DNA of 64,000 bases from an uncultured Bacilli bacterium (GCA_949841325.1 CATKZK010000001.1:4733-68732), one strand, 5' to 3'; shown: positions 10,252-20,106, numbered from the stretch's first letter. Numbers and translations: made by a program. Notes: generated by a model not told the origin, from the letters alone.

Positions 10252-11001
10252 ATGAGATTATCTTCATGGAATGTTGCAGGATATCGTTCTATCTGTAAGA
10301 AAGGATTTGAAGAATCTTTTAAATTGTTACAATGTGATATTTTGTGTTTACAAGAAGTAAAATGTGAAGAAGATGAGATTCCATATATTCCTCAAGGTTA
10401 TCAAATGTATTTAAACCCAGCAGAGAAAAAAGGCTATGCAGGTACATTGGTTTTTTCAAGAGTAAAACCGATTCAAGTAACTTATGATATGGGGATTTCA
10501 GAACATGATCACGAAGGACGTTTAATTACCTTAGAGTACGAGGAATTTTATCTAGTCAATGCCTATGTACCAAATAGCAAAAGAGAATTAGTAAGACTTG
10601 ATTATCGCATGTGCTGGGAAAAAGACATGTTAAACTATTTAAAAGAATTGGAAAAGAATAAACCTGTTATTCTCTGTGGAGATTTAAATGTAGCTCATCA
10701 AGAAATAGATATAAAAAATGCTGCTTCAAATAAAAGAAGTGCAGGATTTACGATAGAAGAAAGAAATAAATTTACAGAACTTTTAGAAAATGGCTTTATC
10801 GATACATTCCGCTATTTACATCCAAATGAAGTAAAATATTCTTGGTGGAGTTATTTATTTCATGCCCGAGAGAAAAACTCTGGGTGGCGTCTTGATTACT
10901 TTGTTGTATCCTCTTCTCTTATTGAAAGAGTTTTGGAAAGTGATATAAGAACAGAAATAATGGGAAGTGATCATGCACCTATTATACTTGAATTAAAATA
11001 A
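10252..11001 (+). CDS. xth: exodeoxyribonuclease III (AP endonuclease)
   Basis: LCLQEVK, NAYVPN, GDLNVAHQEID and SDHAPI motifs of the ExoIII/Xth family. Confidence 0.85.
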   Translation: MRLSSWNVAGYRSICKKGFEESFKLLQCDILCLQEVKCEEDEIPYIPQGYQMYLNPAEKKGYAGTLVFSRVKPIQVTYDMGISEHDHEGRLITLEYEEFYLVNAYVPNSKRELVRLDYRMCWEKDMLNYLKELEKNKPVILCGDLNVAHQEIDIKNAASNKRSAGFTIEERNKFTELLENGFIDTFRYLHPNEVKYSWWSYLFHAREKNSGWRLDYFVVSSSLIERVLESDIRTEIMGSDHAPIILELK

Positions 11002-11061
11002 AGGAAGGGAGATAGACTTGTCAAGTCTCTTTTTTTATGGTACTCTTTAGGCGGTGAGAAA

Positions 11062-11418
11062 ATGAATAACTTAGTAAGTGCTTATTTAGGAGATGCTGTA
11101 TATGAATTGCATATTCGATCTTTTTTAATCAACTCGGGTATTGCAAAAGTAAATGAATTATCTAAAAAAAGTCTTTTCTATGTCACTGCTAAGAGTCAAA
11201 GAAGAATATTAGAGACTTTGATTGAAAGAAATATCTTAACAGAAGAAGAAATAGAAATTGTAAATCGAGGACGAAATGCATCAAGTCATCGAAATAAATC
11301 AACTGATATTATTACGTATAAAAAAGCAACAGGTTTAGAATGTTTAATAGGGGTACTTTATCAAAATAACAGAGAAAGATGTAATGAAATATTACATTAC
11401 ATAACAGGTGAATTATGA
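11062..11418 (+). CDS. mrnC: mini-ribonuclease III
   Basis: AYLGDAVYELHIR signature, 118 aa. Confidence 0.85.
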   Translation: MNNLVSAYLGDAVYELHIRSFLINSGIAKVNELSKKSLFYVTAKSQRRILETLIERNILTEEEIEIVNRGRNASSHRNKSTDIITYKKATGLECLIGVLYQNNRERCNEILHYITGEL

Positions 11419-12092
11419 GAGTTTGTGGAAAAAATATATTAAGAGAAGTAAATCCCAAAAAGGTACGTAAAGTGCTTTTATCTAGTCACTTTAGTGACCA
11501 AGAATTAATGAATAAAATAAAGAATGAAAAGTTAAAATATATGATAATGGATCAAAAAACGATGGATGCGATGATGCCTCATAATCAAGGGGTTATTATC
11601 GAAATGGATGATTATGAATATGCGTCAATAGAGGATATACGTGGAGATTTTATAGTTGTTTTAGATCATTTAGAAGATCCTCATAACTTCGGTGCCATTA
11701 TTAGAACCTGCGAAGCGAGAGGAATAAAGGAGATTATTATTCCTAAAGATCGAGGAGTACTAGTAAATGATACCGTTATGAAGACAAGTGCTGGAGCTCT
11801 TAATCATGTACATATTATTTTAGTAACAAATTTGCACAATACGATTGAAAAACTAAAGGATCAAGGCTATTTTATTTATGGAGCAGAGGCTGATGGTGTA
11901 AATTATCAACAAGTAAATTATGCTAAAAAACGTGTATTAGTCATTGGAAGTGAGGGGAATGGTTTATCAAGACTTGTTAAAAAAGATTGTGATGAAATCA
12001 TTTCTATCCCTATGAAAGGGAAGGTTAATAGTTTAAATGCCTCTGTAGCAAGTGCTATATTAATCTATGGAATAGGTGATGAAGATGCCTGA
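11415..12092 (+). CDS. rlmB: 23S rRNA 2'-O-methyltransferase, SpoU/TrmH family (RlmB-like)
   Basis: SPOUT motifs (LDHLEDPHNFGAIIRT; VLVIGSEGNGLS) and conserved position after mrnC. Confidence 0.8.
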   Translation: MRVCGKNILREVNPKKVRKVLLSSHFSDQELMNKIKNEKLKYMIMDQKTMDAMMPHNQGVIIEMDDYEYASIEDIRGDFIVVLDHLEDPHNFGAIIRTCEARGIKEIIIPKDRGVLVNDTVMKTSAGALNHVHIILVTNLHNTIEKLKDQGYFIYGAEADGVNYQQVNYAKKRVLVIGSEGNGLSRLVKKDCDEIISIPMKGKVNSLNASVASAILIYGIGDEDA

Positions 12093-12681
12093 TTATCCTG
12101 ACAATGAACTTGTGAATATGGTATGCGAAGACAGCGAAGATGCTAGAGATATCCTATATAAAAAATATGTTGGCATCGTGGATTATCTTGTGTATAAATA
12201 TCGAAATATTGCTAAAGCTATTGGCATTGATAGTCAAGAATTGCGTCAAGAAGCCATGGTAGGGTTTTCACATGCTATTGTTAGTTATAATCAAAATAAG
12301 GAGACTTCTTTATCTACTTTTATCTCTTTATGTGTTGAAAGAAGAATTCGCAATATTGTAAGAAATTTTGATTCGCAAAAGACTAAATTATTTAAAGATA
12401 CGTATTCTCTTGATGAACCTCTTACAAATGATGAAAACACTTTAACTGATTTTCTAGGAGATTCCAAAACGGATCCTCAAGTGTTAATGGAAAATGAAGA
12501 AGAAAGAAAGCGATTAATTAATCAAGCGCATGATGTATTAAGTCCAAGTGAAAAAGATGTTTTCGATTTGTTAATCAATGGTTTTACTTATCGAGATATA
12601 GAATCTATTTTACAAATTGATACAAAACAACTTTATAATTTTATCAGTCGTATTCGTAGTAAGCTGAAAAAATGGATGTAA
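12076..12681 (+). CDS. sigH: sigma-H-like sigma-70 family factor
   Basis: sigma regions 2 and 4 in a 201-aa protein, in the mrnC-rlmB-sigH order conserved in Firmicutes. Confidence 0.75.
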   Translation: MMKMPDYPDNELVNMVCEDSEDARDILYKKYVGIVDYLVYKYRNIAKAIGIDSQELRQEAMVGFSHAIVSYNQNKETSLSTFISLCVERRIRNIVRNFDSQKTKLFKDTYSLDEPLTNDENTLTDFLGDSKTDPQVLMENEEERKRLINQAHDVLSPSEKDVFDLLINGFTYRDIESILQIDTKQLYNFISRIRSKLKKWM

Positions 12682-12715
12682 AGCTACGTTTCCTCCGAAT
12701 AATTAACAATATAAG

Positions 12716-12748
12716 AAAAATGAAGAAAAAACGCTTCATTTTTTTCTA
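12716..12748 (+). terminator. rho-independent terminator after sigH
   Basis: ATGAAG-aaaaaacg-CTTCAT followed by a T7 run. Confidence 0.6.
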
Positions 12749-12794
12749 TGTTTCCTTTATAATACTTCCTTGAGAAAGAGATAGAAAGGAAACT

Positions 12795-14705
12795 ATGATT
12801 GTACTAGATCACATTTGTTTGCAGTATAAAGGCAGTACCCGAAATATCTTAAATGACATAGAACTTATTTTACCTGATAAAGGACTTGTGATGATTGTAG
12901 GGCCATCAGGCTCTGGAAAATCAAGTTTGCTTCATGTCATTGCCCAATTTATAAAACCTTCAAAAGGAAGAATGTATTTTTATACACAAGATGTAACTGA
13001 TTTAAAAGGAAAAGAATTAGATGAATACCATCGGAATATAGGATTTGTTTTTCAAAATTATAATTTGATTCCTTACCTAAATGTAGAAGAGAACATTTGC
13101 CTATCTAGAAACATTTGCTTTTTAAATGAAATTTTAGAAGCTTTAGGACTAGCAAAATATAAAAAGAAAAAAGTGAATCGATTATCAGGAGGAGAATGTC
13201 AACGTGTTGCTGTTGCAAGAACCATTACAAGTGATAGCAAGATTTTATTATGTGATGAACCAACAGGTGCATTAGATGTAAAGACAGGAAATGAACTTAT
13301 GAAGTTATTGCACTCTATTGCTCAAGATAAACTTGTCATTGTTGTAACCCATAATAAAGAACATGCTAAAAAATTTGGAGATCGTATCATTACTTTAGAA
13401 GATGGATGTATCATAAAGGATACGGATCCTAATCCAATGTGTTCGTTTGATCATCCCTTTTCTGAACAAAGGAAGACGTGTTCTCTTTTTAAAATAGTGA
13501 ATATTGTGAAAAATAATTTAGTTTACAAATGGAAACGGAATGTTTTAGCAATCGTTGCTTTTAGTATTGGCCTTTTAACTCTTTTATTTGTTTTAGGCAT
13601 TAGTAGTGGATTTAAAGAGGCTATACTTTTAGAAGAGAAAAACTCCTTGAGTGAATATCCTCTTTATATATCAAAAGACAGTCAAGATTTGAATACAGAG
13701 ATAAAACAAATATTTAAAACAAAGAAAGTGCATGAAAATAGCATTGAAGTAAAAGAGGGATTTCATGAAAATAAATTAACGAATGCTTTTATAAAAGAAC
13801 TTGCCTCTTTAGAAACATATACCCATACGATTGACTTTACTTTCTTTTATGATGAAGTTTGTTTAAAGCAGATTGGTACATCTTCCTTTTTTGACGAACA
13901 AGTTGAAGTGTTGAAGGGAAGTAAGGAAACAAAAGAAGATGAACTCTTACTTTTAGTAAATCAAGATAATACGATTCCTTTGGAGTATATCCATTTTCTA
14001 GGACTAAAAAAAGGAAATTATTCTTATGATGATTTTTTAAATAGGAAGGTCAACATAGGAAAGAAAACTTATAAAATCATAGGACTTGTTAAAGGAAAAG
14101 AGGATTCTTATTATCAAGATGTCGTGGGGTTAATGACAAAACAGAAAACAAAGATAAACAAAAAACCAATTGAAGTTTATATATATCCTAAAGATTATGA
14201 AAGTAAACAATTCATTTTAAAACATTTAAAAAACTATCCTGATATTTTCTTTACAGATTATTCTGAAACGATAAAAAATGTAACAACAACGATAATAGAT
14301 GGAATACGTATCGTTTTACTAATCTTTAGTTTTGTTTCTCTTTTTGTGACGATGTTCATGATTGCAATTATTACCTATATCGCGGTGATTGAAAGAATGC
14401 ATGAAATTGGATTACTTCGATCTTTAGGATATTCTAAAAGCGCGATTAAGCTTATTTTCTATCTTGAAAATGGAATCGTTTCAAGTATTGCTTTTTTAGT
14501 AAGCTTTATTATTCTAAGTGGATTAAAGTATCCTTTGAATCACCTCCTTTTTCAACTAATCGGAATGGATTCCATTTTTAAATTAGACCAGCATACACTT
14601 CTTTTAGTATTCTCTTTCAGTATTTTAATTAGTATGATGGGAAGCTTTATTCCGATTCGTAAAATCAAAAAAATGAGTATCATTGATACTTTAAAATATG
14701 AATAA
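12795..14705 (+). CDS. fused ABC transporter ATPase / FtsX-like permease (MacB-type)
   Basis: Walker A GPSGSGKSSL, LSGGECQRVAVAR signature, Walker B LLCDEPTG, then 4 C-terminal TM segments. Confidence 0.8.
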   Translation: MIVLDHICLQYKGSTRNILNDIELILPDKGLVMIVGPSGSGKSSLLHVIAQFIKPSKGRMYFYTQDVTDLKGKELDEYHRNIGFVFQNYNLIPYLNVEENICLSRNICFLNEILEALGLAKYKKKKVNRLSGGECQRVAVARTITSDSKILLCDEPTGALDVKTGNELMKLLHSIAQDKLVIVVTHNKEHAKKFGDRIITLEDGCIIKDTDPNPMCSFDHPFSEQRKTCSLFKIVNIVKNNLVYKWKRNVLAIVAFSIGLLTLLFVLGISSGFKEAILLEEKNSLSEYPLYISKDSQDLNTEIKQIFKTKKVHENSIEVKEGFHENKLTNAFIKELASLETYTHTIDFTFFYDEVCLKQIGTSSFFDEQVEVLKGSKETKEDELLLLVNQDNTIPLEYIHFLGLKKGNYSYDDFLNRKVNIGKKTYKIIGLVKGKEDSYYQDVVGLMTKQKTKINKKPIEVYIYPKDYESKQFILKHLKNYPDIFFTDYSETIKNVTTTIIDGIRIVLLIFSFVSLFVTMFMIAIITYIAVIERMHEIGLLRSLGYSKSAIKLIFYLENGIVSSIAFLVSFIILSGLKYPLNHLLFQLIGMDSIFKLDQHTLLLVFSFSILISMMGSFIPIRKIKKMSIIDTLKYE

Positions 14706-14737
14706 GTATGTTAAAATGAAATAAACGAGGTGAAATC

Positions 14738-15307
14738 ATGAAAGTAGAAGTAAAAGTTGGTGTTAGTAAAAAGCATGTCCATTTGACAGAAGAACTTTGG
14801 AATGCTTTATTTCCTAATAAAGAAATGGAGAAGAGAAACGATTTAAGTCAACCAGGGAAATTCGCGACAACGACAACAGTAAATGTAAGCATATTTGGTA
14901 AAGTCATTCAGGATGTACGTGTAGTAGGGCCTTTTTGTTCTTATAATCAATTCGAGATTTCAAATATCGAAGTAGGAGAGGATAAATCTCTTCCTGTTAG
15001 AAAAAGTGGCGATGTATTTAATTCTCCATCTTTTACAATCATGAGTGAGAATCGACAAGTTGAATGTATGGAAGGAACTATAAAAGCTCAAAATCATATT
15101 CATATAACGCCTGATCTTGCAGAGAAGTATCAATTAAAAGAGGATGAAAAAATTGCTTTCTTTACAAAAAGTAATGAAAGGGGTTATGCGTATATTAAAA
15201 TAAGCAATCCTGCTGAATTTGAACTTCATCTTGATGTAGAGGAAGCTTTGAAATATCAATTGAAAAATGGGGAAAGTGTCTATATTGAAGTAGAAGCAGG
15301 TGAGTGA
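14738..15307 (+). CDS. pduL: PduL-type phosphate acyltransferase
   Basis: two PduL repeats (VGVSKKHVHLT...; NHIHITPDLA), SQPGKF and RKSGD motifs. Confidence 0.7.
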   Translation: MKVEVKVGVSKKHVHLTEELWNALFPNKEMEKRNDLSQPGKFATTTTVNVSIFGKVIQDVRVVGPFCSYNQFEISNIEVGEDKSLPVRKSGDVFNSPSFTIMSENRQVECMEGTIKAQNHIHITPDLAEKYQLKEDEKIAFFTKSNERGYAYIKISNPAEFELHLDVEEALKYQLKNGESVYIEVEAGE

Positions 15308-16310
15308 AAATATGGGTTTTAAAATAGGAAATATTGAAATAAAAAATCGTATTGTTTTAGCCCCTATGGCAGGAATAAGCAATACCTCATATCGTAAAAT
15401 CATTAAAGAAATGGGAGCAGGCCTTATTTTTGCTGAAATGGTGAGTGATAAAGCGATTATGTATGGGAATAAAAAAACAATGGATTTACTTAAGATGAGT
15501 GAAAGTGAACGTCCTATTGCGCAACAAATATTTGGAAGTGATGTTGAATCATTTGTCAGTGCTGCGAAAACGATACTACAAGAGATGAAACCAGATATCA
15601 TTGATATTAATATGGGATGTCCTGTACCTAAAATCGCGATTAAGTCTCAAGCAGGAGCCTCTCTTCTTAAAAATCCCAAAAAGATATACGAGATTGTCAA
15701 AGCAGTTAAGGATGCTGTCTCTGTTCCTGTTACCGTTAAGATTAGAAGTGGATGGGATGCTAATAGTATTAATGCAAAAGAAGTAGCGTTAGAAGTCGAA
15801 AGAGCAGGTGCCAGTGCAATTACTGTACACGGAAGAACGAGGGCACAAGGATATTCGGGAAAAGCGAATTGGGATATCATTAAAGAAGTAAAAGAGGCAG
15901 TTTCTATTCCTGTTATAGGGAATGGGGATGTAACGGACTGCTTTCTTGCTAAAAAGATGCTTGAGGAAACGGGATGTGATGCTGTCATGATTGGAAGAGG
16001 AGTGCTTGGAAATCCTTGGTTAATTAAAGAGTGTATAGATTATTTAGAAGATGGAAAACTTCCTGTGCCTAAAAACGCTGTTGAAAAGATTGAAATGCTA
16101 AAAAGACATTTTAGTCTACTTGTAGAAGATAAGGGAGAAAAAGTAGCTCTTTTAGAAATTCGTATGCATGCCTTATGGTATATAAAAGGTCTTCCAGGAA
16201 ATGCAGCAATAAAAAATGAAATTTGTGCTTCTAAATCAGTAGATGAATTATTTAATATTTTAGAAAATTACCTTTTAACATTAAAGGATCAAAAAGAAAA
16301 AGACAACTAG
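15300..16310 (+). CDS. dusB: tRNA-dihydrouridine synthase
   Basis: LAPMAGISN, INMGCPVPKI and HGRTRAQ motifs; likely ATG start at 15312. Confidence 0.85.
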   Translation: MSENMGFKIGNIEIKNRIVLAPMAGISNTSYRKIIKEMGAGLIFAEMVSDKAIMYGNKKTMDLLKMSESERPIAQQIFGSDVESFVSAAKTILQEMKPDIIDINMGCPVPKIAIKSQAGASLLKNPKKIYEIVKAVKDAVSVPVTVKIRSGWDANSINAKEVALEVERAGASAITVHGRTRAQGYSGKANWDIIKEVKEAVSIPVIGNGDVTDCFLAKKMLEETGCDAVMIGRGVLGNPWLIKECIDYLEDGKLPVPKNAVEKIEMLKRHFSLLVEDKGEKVALLEIRMHALWYIKGLPGNAAIKNEICASKSVDELFNILENYLLTLKDQKEKDN

Positions 16311-16378
16311 GAGTAAGTGTTGCCTTTTTTGTTTCTATTAAATAAATGAATTCATTTCCTAAATGAGAAAAAAAGGAC

Positions 16379-16407
16379 TTGTAAAAACAAGTGAAATAAC
16401 ATAAAAT
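16379..16407 (+). promoter_or_regulatory. candidate sigma-A promoter for a short (+) transcript (TTGTAA-17-TAAAAT)
   Basis: hexamers with 17-bp spacing; a terminator lies about 45 nt downstream. Confidence 0.3.
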
Positions 16408-16413
16408 ATAAGT

Positions 16414-16477
16414 AGGAACACACATTTTGTGAGTGCCTAAGTTTTTTAGACTACCCAACAAGGTAGTTTTTTTACAT
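16414..16477 (+). ncRNA. candidate ~65-nt antisense sRNA (putative type I antitoxin)
   Basis: bracketed by the promoter above and the intrinsic terminator at 16449-16477; its 3' end overlaps the 3' end of the convergent small-peptide gene. Confidence 0.3.
16449..16477 (+). terminator. rho-independent terminator
   Basis: ACTACC-caacaa-GGTAGT followed by a T7 run. Confidence 0.65.
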
Positions 16478-16549
16478 TAAATGTAGGATAACCACAATTA
16501 ACATAAAAATAATAGTTAATAAAGAGGATATAAGAATATCTTTCTTCAT
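16472..16549 (-). CDS. 25-aa hydrophobic peptide MKKDILISSLLTIIFMLIVVILHLM (candidate type I toxin)
   Basis: strong GGAGGTGG RBS 6 nt upstream of the ATG; single TM helix with a KK N-terminus; missing from the supplied ORF track. Confidence 0.35.
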   Translation of the reverse strand: MKKDILISSLLTIIFMLIVVILHLM

Positions 16550-16749
16550 CAAACCACCTCCATTTTGTCAACTTGTAATGAATTAAATCCAAAACCCCCT
16601 GACGAAATGGCAACTACAAAAAACATATGTTCCTACTTCTTATATACACATAAAAAAGCTTGATTACTCGTGAGTGAGTGAAATTATTTAGAAAATTGTT
16701 CATAAATAGTAAATTATGAACATAAAATTATGGAAAACACTAAAAAGAG

Positions 16750-16778
16750 TTGTTTTTTTTAAGTATTTGTGTTAGTAT
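16750..16778 (+). promoter_or_regulatory. candidate promoter for rplK-rplA (TTGTTT-17-TAGTAT)
   Basis: hexamers with 17-bp spacing, about 85 nt upstream of rplK. Confidence 0.3.
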
Positions 16779-16865
16779 CTTAAGTGCTAAAGTTTATTTT
16801 AGTATGTGGGAGGGAACGCGGATTAGCCCAAAACCACAAGCGAAAATACGAAAGGAGTGTTTTAC

Positions 16866-17453
16866 GTGGCAAAAGAAGTCGTTAAGAAGATTAAATTACA
16901 AATTCCTGCTGGAAAAGCAACACCAGCTCCACCAGTTGGTACAGTTTTAGGACCTGCAGGGATTAATTTACAAGAGTTCTGTACAAAATATAATGACGCA
17001 ACAAGAGATAAAATGGGGGATATTGTCCCAGTAGAAATCTCAGTTTATGAAGATAGAACTTTTGATTTTATCCTTAAAACTCCACCAACAGCAGAATTAA
17101 TCAAGAAGTATGCTAAGATTAAATCTGGATCTAAAAAAGGTGCTCACGAAATTGTAGCAACTTTATCAAAAGATGATGTAAAAGCGATTGCTGAAATCAA
17201 GCTACCAGATTTAAATGCCTATAATGTTGAAGCTGCTATGGATATTGTAGCAGGAACTGCTAGAAATATGGGAGTTGCAATTAAGGGAATGAATGATGCG
17301 GAGTTAGCTGAAGAAGCAGCTCAAGCGGCAGAAGCTGAAAAAGAAGCAGAGAAACGTGAAGCTAAATTAGAAGCAATGGAAGAATCTGCTAAAGAAGAAG
17401 CAACTGAAGTTGAAGTCATTACTGAAAAAGCAGCTGACGAAACTGAAGAATAA
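16866..17453 (+). CDS. rplK: 50S ribosomal protein L11 with an unusual ~55-aa Ala/Glu-rich C-terminal extension
   Basis: L11 core ([23 protein letters not shown]...); probable GTG start at 16866 after an AAAGGAG RBS; the tail [27 protein letters not shown]... is absent from canonical L11. Confidence 0.9.
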   Translation: MAKEVVKKIKLQIPAGKATPAPPVGTVLGPAGINLQEFCTKYNDATRDKMGDIVPVEISVYEDRTFDFILKTPPTAELIKKYAKIKSGSKKGAHEIVATLSKDDVKAIAEIKLPDLNAYNVEAAMDIVAGTARNMGVAIKGMNDAELAEEAAQAAEAEKEAEKREAKLEAMEESAKEEATEVEVITEKAADETEE

Positions 17454-17501
17454 AATAAGTAAAATTATATCCGCTAATAAACCACGATTGGAGGTATAGA
17501 A

Positions 17502-18200
17502 ATGAGAAAGTCAGGAAAGAAATATGTGGAAGCTTCTAAAAAAGTTGAAAAGAATAAAAACTATTCTTTAGTAGAAGCAATTAAGTTAGCTAAAGAGACA
17601 AGCATTACTAAATTTGATAGTTCTGTTGAGTTAGCAGTAAAACTTAATATCGACACGAAGAAAGCTGATCAACAATTAAGAGGTTCTCTTGTATTACCTA
17701 ATGGTAATGGTAAAACAAAAAGAATTTTAGTTTTAGCAAAGGGAGCTCAAGCTGAAGCAGCAAAGAACGCTGGTGCAGATTATGTTGGTGAACAAGAAAT
17801 GATTGATAAAATCGCGAATGAAAATTGGTTTGATTTCGATTGTTTAATTGCAACGCCAGAAATGATGCCTGCTTTAGGAAAAATTGGTAAAATTTTAGGA
17901 CCAAAAGGACTAATGCCAAATCCTAAGACAGGAACAGTAACACCTACGCCTGAGCGTGCTGTTGAAGACGTAAAAAAAGGAATGATCGAATATCGTGCAG
18001 ATGCTTATGGAAATATCCATTGCTCTGTTGGTAAAGTATCTTTCGATGATAAAGCTTTATTAGAAAATATTCAATATGTTCTTACAACTTTAGTGAGAGT
18101 AAAACCCGCTACAGTAAAAGGAAAATATATTAAGAATATTTCTGTTTCAACAACTATGGGTCCTGGAATCCATGTTGACCAAGAAACAGTTGACATGTAA
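17502..18200 (+). CDS. rplA: 50S ribosomal protein L1
   Basis: typical L1 sequence throughout, 232 aa. Confidence 0.95.
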   Translation: MRKSGKKYVEASKKVEKNKNYSLVEAIKLAKETSITKFDSSVELAVKLNIDTKKADQQLRGSLVLPNGNGKTKRILVLAKGAQAEAAKNAGADYVGEQEMIDKIANENWFDFDCLIATPEMMPALGKIGKILGPKGLMPNPKTGTVTPTPERAVEDVKKGMIEYRADAYGNIHCSVGKVSFDDKALLENIQYVLTTLVRVKPATVKGKYIKNISVSTTMGPGIHVDQETVDM

Positions 18201-18214
18201 TAAAAACATGTGTT

Positions 18215-18358
18215 ATATTAATTGAAATAAAAAACGAGTACCGAAGACAGTAGGGGACAACATTGTCTTAATTATCCTACCGAGGGAGAGTTATATTCTT
18301 TTTAAAAGTATAGAACTTTCCTTTTGTGGAAAGTTTTTTATATAAAATAAGGAGGACA
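18215..18358 (+). promoter_or_regulatory. ribosomal protein L10 leader with attenuator hairpin
   Basis: ~145-nt untranslated leader ending in AACTTTCC-ttttgt-GGAAAGTT plus a T run, just upstream of the rplJ RBS. Confidence 0.45.
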
Positions 18359-18361
18359 TAT

Positions 18362-18859
18362 ATGGCAAGCGAGAAGATTCTTAATGCAAAAAAAGAAGTC
18401 GTAGCAGAAATTACAGATAAGGTAAAGAATTCTGAAAGTGTTATTCTTTTCCAATATGCTGAAAGTTCAGTTGCTGACATGCAAGAATTACGTAGAGACT
18501 TAAAAAAAGTCGACAGTGAAGTAAAAATCCATAAGAATACTCTTGTAAAAAGAGCCTTAGATGACTTGAACATTGATTTAGCAGAGTATCTAGAAGGACC
18601 AAATGCCATCGTTTTTGGTAAAACTTTATTAGAGCCTATTAAGGCAATTGATGAGTTTGCTAAAAAACACAATAATATTAAGCTTGTTGCTGGTATTATA
18701 AATGGCGAAGTTGTTACACTTGATACAATTAAAGAATATGCATCAATTCCATCTATGGAAGGATTACTTACAATGTTTGCTGGTGGATTGATAGAACACG
18801 TAAAAAATCTATCTATTGCACTTAATTTATATGCCGAAAAATTAGGTGAAGAAAATTAA
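18362..18859 (+). CDS. rplJ: 50S ribosomal protein L10
   Basis: L10 family sequence; start at the ATG after AAGGAGGA. Confidence 0.9.
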   Translation: MASEKILNAKKEVVAEITDKVKNSESVILFQYAESSVADMQELRRDLKKVDSEVKIHKNTLVKRALDDLNIDLAEYLEGPNAIVFGKTLLEPIKAIDEFAKKHNNIKLVAGIINGEVVTLDTIKEYASIPSMEGLLTMFAGGLIEHVKNLSIALNLYAEKLGEEN

Positions 18860-18874
18860 TAGGAGGAGATTATA

Positions 18875-19243
18875 ATGGCAAAATTATCTACAAATGAAAT
18901 TATTGACGCAATTAGTGAAATGACTATTTTAGAGGTTAAAGATCTAGTTGATGCAATGAAAGAAAAATTTAATGTTGACCCTAGTGCTGTTGCTGTAGCA
19001 GCTGCACCTGCTGCAGGAGCTGGAGCTGAAGAATCAAGCACAAAAACTGTTGTATTAAAAGATGCTGGAGCATCTAAGATTGCAGTTATCAAAGTGGTTC
19101 GTGAAATTACTGGTCTAGGATTAGTAGAAGCGAAGGCTTTGGCTGATAATGGTGGAAACATTAAAGAAAACGTTTCTGCTGATGAAGCAAATGAAATTAA
19201 AGCTAAATTAGAAGAAGCAGGAGCTACTGTAGAATTAGCTTAA
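18875..19243 (+). CDS. rplL: 50S ribosomal protein L7/L12
   Basis: Ala-rich hinge followed by the conserved C-terminal domain ([19 protein letters not shown]). Confidence 0.95.
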   Translation: MAKLSTNEIIDAISEMTILEVKDLVDAMKEKFNVDPSAVAVAAAPAAGAGAEESSTKTVVLKDAGASKIAVIKVVREITGLGLVEAKALADNGGNIKENVSADEANEIKAKLEEAGATVELA

Positions 19244-19249
19244 TACGAA

Positions 19250-19274
19250 AGACTCACATTGGTGAGTTTTTTTG
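19250..19274 (+). terminator. rho-independent terminator after rplL
   Basis: GACTCAC-attg-GTGAGT followed by a T7 run. Confidence 0.7.
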
Positions 19275-19335
19275 TGGAAACCTTTACAAAAAACAAATAA
19301 AATGCTAGGATAGGGCGACGAAGGGGCAAGAAAGT

Positions 19336-20106
19336 ATGAAAATAGAACTGATTGATGGAAAGACCGCTGTTGTTTTTGAGAATATAGGAGAGCATTGTAT
19401 CATCAAAAATAGTGATGGAGCCATGGTTGTCCGAAATGAAAAAATGGGAATGACAATTACGATGAATCCGATAGTTAATGCTCAAGAATCAATTGAACAG
19501 ATAAATAAGGCAACAGAAAACTTCATGGAAGTTTCAAAAGAAGAAATAATAAAGATATGTGATACTTGGTTTAAACTGTTTGAAGATATATTTGAAAGTT
19601 ATTATCTCTTGTCAGAAGAGACATATAACCAATCAAAAATATATATAAAATTTATAACAGATGAAGACAAATACGAAAAAATAGCAATAAGGATGTCTTT
19701 AGAGGAAGAAGAAAGCCAATATAGTATGCAACTTAGAATTCCTGATTGTAATATAGGAGCATATCTAATGCTTAAAGTTTTTTCCTTTCTGCAAGAAAGT
19801 TTTGAAGAAGAATTCACATTAGAAGAGGGAGAATATATTGCTACAGTCGATTCAGTTGAACGCGTGATTTTGCATATTCAAGATGAGTATTATGGCTTCA
19901 AACAATTGATGATGATTCTTTATGCAAGTTGCCTTAATTCCCTACAAGTTGATAGAAGTCAAGCATGCTTTATTCTTATGAATTGTCGTGAATTGATAAA
20001 GAGTCAGACGATTGGAATTTCTTTTAGAGAAGATATCGAAAATGCTATAAATCACCAAAAACAGTTAAAGGAAAAAATAAAACAACTTTATTTAAAAGAA
20101 AACTAA
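19336..20106 (+). CDS. hypothetical protein (acidic, 256 aa)
   Basis: ORF with AAGGGG RBS; sits where rpoB/rpoC lie in most Firmicutes. Confidence 0.45.
   Translation: MKIELIDGKTAVVFENIGEHCIIKNSDGAMVVRNEKMGMTITMNPIVNAQESIEQINKATENFMEVSKEEIIKICDTWFKLFEDIFESYYLLSEETYNQSKIYIKFITDEDKYEKIAIRMSLEEEESQYSMQLRIPDCNIGAYLMLKVFSFLQESFEEEFTLEEGEYIATVDSVERVILHIQDEYYGFKQLMMILYASCLNSLQVDRSQACFILMNCRELIKSQTIGISFREDIENAINHQKQLKEKIKQLYLKEN

Noticed and set aside
15134-15988. Minus-strand ORFs 15134-15601 and 15647-15988, and the plus-strand ORF 15601-15786, overlapping pduL and dusB
   Set aside because: They overlap well-supported conserved genes in other frames and are likely spurious.
16560-16580. TTGACA hexamer immediately upstream of the small-peptide RBS as its promoter
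   Set aside because: It lies only about 19 nt from the start codon, too close to serve as a -35 element for this ORF. The promoter more likely lies near 16629-16650, where the AGTAGGAACA element recurs.
17698-19485. Antisense or off-frame ORFs overlapping rplA, rplJ and rplL (17698-17919, 18277-18672, 18856-19161, 19240-19485)
   Set aside because: They conflict with canonical ribosomal protein genes.
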